A DNA stretch of 64,000 bases, from the NCBI GenBank assembly GCA_965116875.1, contig OZ220733.1, positions 768,001 through 832,000 of the forward strand. Direction: 5' to 3'. The translations under genes were made by a program, and so were the position numbers. The notes under the pieces were generated by a model. The model was not told the origin of the DNA. It saw only the letters and a program-made list of their open reading frames with translations, and did no database searches. The DNA is from Candidatus Latescibacterota bacterium. GTDB lineage: Bacteria > Latescibacterota > UBA2968 > GCA-2709665. Shown here piece by piece: positions 23,601 to 30,368 of the stretch (positions are counted from its first letter, which is position 1; the number at the start of each line of letters is the position of its first letter).

Positions 23601-25761
23601 CACCGCGCCGGACGTCGAAGATAGAACTCGCGTAGGAACGACCCGAAAGCGTGAGTGTCACAACGCTCCCGTTCAACGTCGCCTCCGTCAAGGACTGCGC
23701 CACTGTCGCAACAACGGTTTCCTCCAGGGCAACTACATGTACCTGGTCCGTAAGCGCGGGACCGCTGTAGTTCGCGAGTGCCCCCGCGCCCACGGTGAAT
23801 GTCAACGTGCCGTCCGCGTCGATGTCGCCGTTGAAGTCCAGTTCAACCGTCACCTTCGTGTCGCTCACACGCTGCACCCCGAAAGTGCCTACGCTCACGC
23901 CGGTAATTCCCGACACCGACACCCCGTCGCGGACGTCGAAAGTGGAACTCGCGTATCTCGCCCCGGTAAGCGTCAACGTCACCACGCTCCCGTCCAGTGT
24001 TGCCTCCGTCAATGGCGAAACCGTTGTAGCGGTAACCGATTCCATCGCCGCGGCCACTGACAGTTGTGCCGAGAGCGCGGGCCCGTTATAATTCGCGAGT
24101 GCCCCCGCGCCCACGGTGAACGTCAACGTACCGTCGCTGTCGATGTCGCCGTTGAAGTCCAGTTCAACCGTCACTTTCGTGTCGCTCACACGCTGCACCC
24201 CGAAAGTGCCTACGCTCACGCCGGTAATTCCCGACACCGACACCCCGTCGCGGACGTCGAAGGTAGAACTCGCGTATCTCGCCCCGGTAAGCGTCAACGT
24301 CACCACGCTCCCGTCCAGCGTTGCCTCCGTCAATGGCGAAACCGTTGTGGCGGTAACCGATTCCATCGCCGCGGCCACTGAAAGTTGTGCCGAGAGCGCG
24401 GGCCCGTTATAATTCGCGAGTGCCCCCGCGCCCACGGTGAACGTCAGCGTACCGTCGCTGTCGATGTCGCCGTTGAACGTCAGCTCAACCGTTACCACCG
24501 TATCACTCTTGCGCTGCACGCCGAACGTGCCCACACTCACACCCGCAATACCCGACACGGACACCGCATCTCGGACGTCGAAAATGGAACTCGTGTATTT
24601 TCCTCCGGTGAGCGTCAACGTTACCAGACTCCCGTTCAGCGTCGCTTCGGTTAACGGTGATGCCGTTGTTGCCGTCAACGTCTCCATGGCAGCACTTACC
24701 GGCAACTGCGCGGTCAGTGCGGACCCGGCGTAATTCGCGATCGCGTCCGCGCCCACCGAGAACGTCAACGTGCCGTCGCTGTCTATGTCGCCGTTGAACG
24801 TCAGCTCAACCGTTACCACCGTATCACTCTTCCGCTGCACGCCGAACGTGCCAACGCTCACACCGGCAATGCCCGATACGGACACACCGTCACGAACGTC
24901 GAAGATCGAGCTCTCATATGTGCCACCAGTCAGCGTAAGCGTCACCACGCTCCCATTCAGCGACGATTCGGTCAACGGCGACGTCGTCGTCGCCGTCACC
25001 GATTCCATCCCCGCGCTCACGGTCAACTCCGCGGTCAACGCGGCGCCGTTGTAGGACTCGATCGCGTCGGCGCCCACCGTAAACGTCAGCGTACCGTCGC
25101 TGTCGATGTCGCCGTTGAAATCCAGCTCAACCGTCACCCTGGAATCGCTCACGCGTTGCACGCCGAACGTGCCAACGCTCACACCGGCAATGCCCGATAC
25201 TGAAACGCCGTCACGAACGTCGAAGATCGAACTCTCGAAAGCTCGTCCGGAAAGCGTCAACGTCACCACGCTCCCGTCCAGCGTCGCTTCGGTCAACGGC
25301 GACACTGTCGATGCCTCCACCGTTTCTTCCACCGACGGGATAGACAAATCTCTCGTTAGCGCGGCGCCGTTGTAGGACGCGATGGCTCCCGCGCCAACCG
25401 TGAACGTGAGCGTTCCTTCTTCGTCGAAGTCTCCGTTGAAGTCCAGTTCTATCGTCAATTTGGTATCGCTTGCACGCGTTATCCCGAACGTCCCCACGCT
25501 AACGCCTGCAATCCCCGATACCGTTACCGCCCGACGGATGGAGAAGATAGACCGCTCGAAAGTACGCCCGGCAAGCGTCACGGTAACCTCGCTGCCATCC
25601 AGCGTCGCCTCGGTCAACGGACTTGACGTCGACACGGTGATCGACTCCTGAACCGCGGGAACGGGAACCTGGGCGTATCCCGAAACCGGCAGGGCGAATG
25701 CCGCCACAACGACTCCCAACGACATCAAGGCGAATCGCCAATTCTCAACTCTCCGTTTCAT
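20644..25761 (-). CDS. Large secreted adhesin: nine 107-aa repeats + cadherin + YWTD (LDL-receptor class B) propeller + plant-type LRRs + C-terminal dockerin-like domain
   Basis: Signal peptide ending VSGYAQ. Nine SPLTEATL.GS.VTLTL.G...GVSVGTFG.QR.SD...GTLTFTVGA repeats. Cadherin (AENTPAG..VG...ATD.DG..L.YSL...YEVTV.VSDG...DVNE). Six YWT(D/N/E) blades. LTG.IP.ELG LRRs. C-terminus ADFNGDGIVNFADFFDFVDAFG. Confidence 0.85.
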   Translation of the reverse strand: MKRRVENWRFALMSLGVVVAAFALPVSGYAQVPVPAVQESITVSTSSPLTEATLDGSEVTVTLAGRTFERSIFSIRRAVTVSGIAGVSVGTFGITRASDTKLTIELDFNGDFDEEGTLTFTVGAGAIASYNGAALTRDLSIPSVEETVEASTVSPLTEATLDGSVVTLTLSGRAFESSIFDVRDGVSVSGIAGVSVGTFGVQRVSDSRVTVELDFNGDIDSDGTLTFTVGADAIESYNGAALTAELTVSAGMESVTATTTSPLTESSLNGSVVTLTLTGGTYESSIFDVRDGVSVSGIAGVSVGTFGVQRKSDTVVTVELTFNGDIDSDGTLTFSVGADAIANYAGSALTAQLPVSAAMETLTATTASPLTEATLNGSLVTLTLTGGKYTSSIFDVRDAVSVSGIAGVSVGTFGVQRKSDTVVTVELTFNGDIDSDGTLTFTVGAGALANYNGPALSAQLSVAAAMESVTATTVSPLTEATLDGSVVTLTLTGARYASSTFDVRDGVSVSGITGVSVGTFGVQRVSDTKVTVELDFNGDIDSDGTLTFTVGAGALANYNGPALSAQLSVAAAMESVTATTVSPLTEATLDGSVVTLTLTGARYASSTFDVRDGVSVSGITGVSVGTFGVQRVSDTKVTVELDFNGDIDADGTLTFTVGAGALANYSGPALTDQVHVVALEETVVATVAQSLTEATLNGSVVTLTLSGRSYASSIFDVRRGVSVSGITGVSVGTFGIQRVSDTKVTVELDFNGDIDADGTLTFTVGADAIANYSGPALIATLPVSAGMESVTASTPSPLTEATLNGSVVTLTLTGGKYASSVFDVRRGVTVSGITGVSVGTFGVQRASDTKVTVELTFSGDIDADGALTFTVTAGAIANYSGASLTAQLPVTAGMESVTATTVSPLTEATLNGSVVTLTLTGGKYASSVFDVRRGVTVSGITGVSVGTFGVQRASDTKVTVTLTFNGDIDTDGTLTFTVGAGAIANYSGASLTAQLPVTAEVGGETNQVPTFSEGASTTRSFAENTPAGQNVGGPIRATDGDGGTLSYSLEGTDAASFVLVSTSGQLQTKTGVIYDYDVKNRYEVTVRVSDGQGGSATIDVTINLTDVNEPQANPELYWTDASKDKIQRANLDGSNVEDLVTETDGLDGPVGLVLDVDGGKMYWTEWERNKIKRANLDGSNIENVVTSGRAPVWLALDVPGGKLYWTDWGTDRIQRANLDGSNVEDLVTRNLNSPGGLSLDVTNGKMYWTDSSWHKIQRANLDGSNVEDLITSGVDGPSGLALDVVHGKMYWTNLNADKIQRANLDGSNVEDLITRGLDKPYELVLDLAGAKMYWTNGGFAKIQRANLDGSNVEDLVARADGLSNPSGLALAVAPAPTPPAPQGPCATGSAVPNPAANPWLVSDCNVLLEARDPLRGTATLNWSENTAIATWDGVTISGTPQRVTNLRLWNKGLNGTIPAGLSRLTGLNALQFGYNQLTGTIPAELGSMTGLTHLVLPSNLLTGTIPAELRNLTNLRKLALQINGLTGNIPSWVGTLRRLQILNLYENQLTGAIPTELGNLTELWQLLIFGNRFTGTIPAELGNLSLLQEVRLDDNRLTGSIPSTLGGLARLGLLYLAGNSLTGCIPPALREISRHDMDKLNLPDCSQPQGQKTADFNGDGIVNFADFFDFVDAFGTTDAKYDLDDNGIVNFADFFEFVDAFGTSG
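22760..25650 (-). repeat. Intragenic tandem array of nine 321-bp units
   Basis: The period of 321 nt is visible, for example in the antisense ORFs starting at 23795, 24116 and 24437. Units 5/6 and 8/9 are nearly identical in DNA. Confidence 0.9.
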
Positions 25762-25774
25762 AAGTCAGCATCCT

Positions 25775-28700
25775 CTATTCAAAGGTGCCCCTGGTGACGC
25801 GTCCGCTCTCGATGCTGCATCCGCCGGAAGAAACACAGGTATAACGGGTTCCATCCTGAAGCTCGATCAGACCGCCGTTCTGGAAGCTGAGTACGGCGCG
25901 CCCCCCACTGATTGTAAGGCTCGCATTCCGAATGAGCCTGGGCACGAAGAAGCCGGTGGGGAAGTTCGGAAGCACATCACCGACGCCGTAGGTTCCGCCG
26001 CTGCTGCTACCGCCTGAGGCGCCTATGGCCAGTCCCGACGGATCCACAAGCCCGTTGGAACTGGTGAGCAGGTCTTCGACGTTGGAGCCGTCCAGGTCCG
26101 CGCGCTGGACCTTGTCGGCATCCACGTCCGTCCAGTACATCTTGCCGCCGGACACGTCCAGGTCCAGCCCGTTCGGGCTCGTCAGGCCGCTGGTGACCAG
26201 GTCTTCCACGCTGGAACCATCCAGACCGGCGCGCTGGATCTTTTTTGTGCCGCGATCGGTCCAGTACATCTTGCTCCCGGACAGATCCAGGGCCAGGCCG
26301 GTGGGGCTGCTCAGTCCGCTGGTCACGAGGTCTTCCAGGTTGGCGCCGGTCAGGTCCGCACGCTGGATCTTGTCCGACCCGGGATTCGTCCAGTACATCT
26401 TGCCATTGGCCACGTCGAGTGCGATTTCACCAGGAAATGCCAGACCCGCCAGCGTGAGCAGGTCTTCAACGTTGGAACCGTCGAGGTCCGCGCGCTGGAT
26501 CTTGCCGTTCTGCCGGTCCGTCCAGTACATCTTGCCCCCGGACACATCGAGCGCCAGACCGTACGGCACGCTCAGGCCGCTGGTAATAAGGTCCTCGACG
26601 TTGGCGCCGTCCAGGTCGGCCCGCTGGATCTTTGCCGTACCCGCGTCCGTCCAGTACATCTTGCCACCGGCCATATCCAGGGCCAACCCGTCCGGGCCGT
26701 TGAGTCCGGCGCCGCTGACCAGATCCTCGACGTTCGAGCCGTCCAGGTCCGCGCGCTGGATCTTGTCCGTGCCCCAGTCCGTCCAGTACAGTTTCGACGT
26801 TCCCGTGGCGGGTGGCGTCGTCGCCGCAACAGTAATGCTCACCGCCGCGGAGCAGTTGTTTCCGGTATCGGATTCACCCGTTACCGCATCCACGCAGGCC
26901 CCGTAGTAGTAGGTGCCGGAATTCGATGGCGCCGTCAGGTCAATCGCCAAAGCCAGATCAATCGATCCGGGATTCCCTCCCGACGCCGCAAGGCCGTTCA
27001 CCGCGTCCGTTCCAACTTCCGTGTCGGACGTTGAGATGCTCGCGTCGACCGACATATAGTAGCGCAACGTCGTAGCCGCCGACATCTGATCGCCCTGGTT
27101 GCGAACTGACGCGCCCAGCCTGAAGGTGTCGCCGGCAGCCGGGCTGCTGTTGCTGACGAAAGGCGATACGACAACCAGGTCGGCACTGCCTCCACCCCCG
27201 CCGCCGGAACCGCCACCCCCGCCGCCAGACGCCGTCGCCAGGGCCAGACCCGACGGGTCCACCAGCCCGTTGGCTCCGGTTACCAGGTCTTCCACGTTGG
27301 AGCCGTCCAGGTTGGCGCGTTGAACCTTATTCGTGCCGGTGTCGGCCCAGTACATTTTCCCTCCGGACACGTCGAGAGCCAGGCCATTCGGTCGATTCAG
27401 GCCGCTGGTGACAAGGTCTTCGACATTGGCCCCACTGAGGTCCGACCGCTGGATCTTGTCCGAGCGCCGGTCCGTCCAGTACATCTTGCCGCCGGATATA
27501 TCAAGTGCGATCCCGGTCGGACTGTCTACGCCCCTGGTGACGAGGTCTTCGACTCCTGATCCATCCAGGTTGGACCGCTGAATCCTGTTCGCGCCCGGAT
27601 TGGTCCAGTACATCTTGCCGCCAGACACGTCCAGGGCCAGACCGCCGGGAAACGTCAGACCGCTGGTGATCAGGTCTTCCGCGTTGGCGCCGTTGAGGTC
27701 GGCACGTTGTATCTTGTTCGTCTGCCGGTTCGTCCAGTACATCTTGCCGCCAGACACGTCCAGGGCCAGACCGTACGGTATTCCCAGGCCCGTTACCAGG
27801 TCTTCCACGTTCCCGCCATTGAGATCAGCACGCTGGATCTTGTTGGCGCCCGCATCCGTCCAGTACATCTTGCCGCCTGCCATATCCAGCGCCAAACCGT
27901 CCGGCCCGTCCAGTCCGCCGCCGGAGACCAGGTCTTCCACCCCCGAGCCGTCCAGGTTGGCGCGCTGGATCTTGTCGGTTCCCCAGTCCGTCCAGTAGAG
28001 TTTGGACGCTCCAGGGGTGGGCGGTGGTGGCGCCGCAGCAACCGTCAGGGCAACGGCAGGCGAACAGTTGTTCCCCGTATTGGACTCGCCGGAAACCGCG
28101 TCGACACACGCGCCGTAGTAGTAGGTTCCCGAACTGGAAGGCGCCGTCAGGTTGATCGACTCTGCGCTGACGCCGCCGGCGGAGAGTCCGCTCACCGCGT
28201 CAGTGCCTGCTTGCGTGTCGCTGGTGTTCACTGTCGCGTCGGTCGAACGGTAGTAGCGCAAGGTCGTCGCGGCAGACGATCCGTTACCCTGGTTCCGGAC
28301 TGTCGCGCCAAGCGTAAAGGTCGCCCCGTGCGATACGCGACTGCTGCTCAGGGAGGGGGACTGAACGACCAGATCCGGGTTGCCGCTACCACCACCCCCA
28401 CCGCCCGGCGATGGCGGTGGACCTCCAAAGCTCTGCGCGAAGATCAGAAAATCCGTAAAGTCAACCGAACCATCGGAATTCAGGTCCTGTGCGGCATTGT
28501 ACCTCCCGTCGCCCTGCCGCGACCCGAACGCGCCCGCAAAAATCAGAAAGTCCGAAAATCCGACGAAATCATCGCCGTCGAAGTCTGGAGAGGGCGCCGA
28601 GTTAAACGTAACCTCACTGCTTGTCCTGAGTTCGTCGCTCGAGGTGGGACTTTCCGCGAGGGTAACCGACTCGATGCCAATGGCGAACTCCCGGCCGGTT

Positions 28701-29110
28701 ACGTCCGCAACGGTCGTAAACTCCGCACGCGCCAGAAACCCGGAAGCCGCCAGTGTGACGGGGCTTGACGCCGCCAGGTGGGTGCCGATGGAACCCTCCG
28801 GAAGCGACAGTGGGAACGCGCTGTTTTCGACCTCTTCATACGACACCAGCGAAGCGTCGAAGTCGAATTTCAGGATCATTCCGGCCAGGGACGTCCGCAC
28901 GCCGGTCGCGAATACCTCAACGGCGATGGTTGTGCCCCGACCGGAAACTGTTCCCGACGTGACCCCGTCATCCGTCCGGTTACCGGCGCCTCCACCGGGA
29001 ATCAGGTCAAGCGACAGGACGACATTGGCATTGGCGCCGGCGAAAGCCTGTCCGGAAACGACGACGACCGCGAGGGCGGCAATCAACAACAGAATCCGTT
29101 TGGGAAGCAT
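25775..29110 (-). CDS. Secreted scaffoldin-like protein: cohesin-like + internal dockerin-like + (CARDB + YWTD propeller) x2 + small Cys-pair C-terminal domain
   Basis: Signal peptide ending GQAFA. Cohesin-like domain homologous to that of 10575-12929. PDFDGDDFVGFSDFLIF...QDLNSDGSVDFTDFLIF. Two CARDB domains, and two sets of six GKMYWT...KIQRADL.G.NVEDL repeats. Confidence 0.85.
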   Translation of the reverse strand: MLPKRILLLIAALAVVVVSGQAFAGANANVVLSLDLIPGGGAGNRTDDGVTSGTVSGRGTTIAVEVFATGVRTSLAGMILKFDFDASLVSYEEVENSAFPLSLPEGSIGTHLAASSPVTLAASGFLARAEFTTVADVTGREFAIGIESVTLAESPTSSDELRTSSEVTFNSAPSPDFDGDDFVGFSDFLIFAGAFGSRQGDGRYNAAQDLNSDGSVDFTDFLIFAQSFGGPPPSPGGGGGGSGNPDLVVQSPSLSSSRVSHGATFTLGATVRNQGNGSSAATTLRYYRSTDATVNTSDTQAGTDAVSGLSAGGVSAESINLTAPSSSGTYYYGACVDAVSGESNTGNNCSPAVALTVAAAPPPPTPGASKLYWTDWGTDKIQRANLDGSGVEDLVSGGGLDGPDGLALDMAGGKMYWTDAGANKIQRADLNGGNVEDLVTGLGIPYGLALDVSGGKMYWTNRQTNKIQRADLNGANAEDLITSGLTFPGGLALDVSGGKMYWTNPGANRIQRSNLDGSGVEDLVTRGVDSPTGIALDISGGKMYWTDRRSDKIQRSDLSGANVEDLVTSGLNRPNGLALDVSGGKMYWADTGTNKVQRANLDGSNVEDLVTGANGLVDPSGLALATASGGGGGGSGGGGGGSADLVVVSPFVSNSSPAAGDTFRLGASVRNQGDQMSAATTLRYYMSVDASISTSDTEVGTDAVNGLAASGGNPGSIDLALAIDLTAPSNSGTYYYGACVDAVTGESDTGNNCSAAVSITVAATTPPATGTSKLYWTDWGTDKIQRADLDGSNVEDLVSGAGLNGPDGLALDMAGGKMYWTDAGTAKIQRADLDGANVEDLITSGLSVPYGLALDVSGGKMYWTDRQNGKIQRADLDGSNVEDLLTLAGLAFPGEIALDVANGKMYWTNPGSDKIQRADLTGANLEDLVTSGLSSPTGLALDLSGSKMYWTDRGTKKIQRAGLDGSSVEDLVTSGLTSPNGLDLDVSGGKMYWTDVDADKVQRADLDGSNVEDLLTSSNGLVDPSGLAIGASGGSSSGGTYGVGDVLPNFPTGFFVPRLIRNASLTISGGRAVLSFQNGGLIELQDGTRYTCVSSGGCSIESGRVTRGTFE

Positions 29111-29256
29111 CGGGGAACACTCCTTTGTTTCGACGTCGATTTCATTCCGGCAACTCTACCGGGGTTGGGATTCGAATCTTGGCTCGCGACGTCGCGATTG
29201 AATCTCCTGCGCGTACGATGTCGACTGGATTCAGAATCGTGGAATTGCAGTCAGGC

Positions 29257-30066
29257 CTACTTCAACAACAGCATCCTCCTGGTCGCTGAGAAACTGCCCG
29301 CCTGTATCCGATACAGATAGATGCCGCTGGCCACGCGCCGGCCCAGCGCGTCCGTCCCGTCCCACGTCGCGGTAAAAGACCCGGCGTTTCTGCGTTCGTT
29401 CACCATGACGCGCACCTCCTGGCCGATCAGATTGTATATCGCCAGCCGAACCATTCCCGCCTCCGGCAACTGGTAGCCGATCGCGGTGGAGGGGTTGAAT
29501 GGGTTGGGCATATTCTGCTCCAGATTGAACCGATCCGGCAGCGGCTTCAGATCGCCGATTTCGGCGTGATGCAGCATGTCGACGGCACCATCCAGGCCCA
29601 CCAGAACGCTTTCCGATACCTGAAAGTCGGACGACAACGGCGTTGCGCTCGTCCTGAACACAAGCTCGACGAGCTTCCCGCCGCCACTGGCGCCCCGGCC
29701 GTCGATCTTCACCGCGCCAATATCCACCTGCCCCGGCGTCCGGTTCGACGAGAGGAACAGGGTCTCCTGACCGGAACCGGATTTCAGCAGGTTGCCGTCG
29801 AGTTCCGTGGCACTAACGAACTCATACTTCAAGGGATCGTATTGCAGCGAAAACCCGTATCCCTTCAGATCACTGGTCTGCGCCACCGACACGAGCATTT
29901 TCAGAACGCCACTTTCCGCGTCCGGATCGTTCACGCGCTCCAACTTGAGCGTAGCGCCGGAGTTCCGACCTCCGGTAATGGTCAGCCCGCGGGTCATGTC
30001 CCCGGCGAATACCTGGCCGATCAACACAAACGCCGCACAAACGGATGTAACGATTCGAGTCCACAT
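29257..30066 (-). CDS. Small cohesin-domain protein with FlgD-Ig/T9SS-like C-terminal sorting domain (putative anchoring scaffoldin)
   Basis: Strong RBS AAGGAGG before MWTRIV...VFAG signal peptide. Cohesin-like LKGYGFSLQYDP.KYEFV...G.G.LVELVF. C-terminus FNLEQNMPNPFNPSTAIGYQLP....VRLAIYN..GQ.VR.......AG.....WDGTD..G..VASGIYLYRI.AG.F...RRMLLLK. Confidence 0.85.
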   Translation of the reverse strand: MWTRIVTSVCAAFVLIGQVFAGDMTRGLTITGGRNSGATLKLERVNDPDAESGVLKMLVSVAQTSDLKGYGFSLQYDPLKYEFVSATELDGNLLKSGSGQETLFLSSNRTPGQVDIGAVKIDGRGASGGGKLVELVFRTSATPLSSDFQVSESVLVGLDGAVDMLHHAEIGDLKPLPDRFNLEQNMPNPFNPSTAIGYQLPEAGMVRLAIYNLIGQEVRVMVNERRNAGSFTATWDGTDALGRRVASGIYLYRIQAGSFSATRRMLLLK

Positions 30067-30368
30067 AACTACCTCCTTTTTGTCACCCGAACGGTGACGT
30101 GGTGAGTACTGCCGACCACGTGGCCTTGAATACCGGTTTTCCGATCCAAAGAACTCGGAATCCAGGAAACAAGCCTCTCGTCCAAAATCACGAACGTCGT
30201 TTATTGAAATCGAGCTCAATCCGGCATTCGTCAGAACAGGCACAATCTTACTCACTGACTCGCCAACGCCGGCCTGAATCCGGTATTGAGACTCCGACTT
30301 CATTTGCTCCCACCCTTGCCAGACGGGCGAGGTGTTCTGCCGAACGCCTCCTTCCGTTCCTCAATGGG

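Noticed and set aside
29155-29185. tRNA-like fragment GGGGTTGGGATTCGAATC
   Set aside because: Only a T-loop-like word is present; no cloverleaf can be built.
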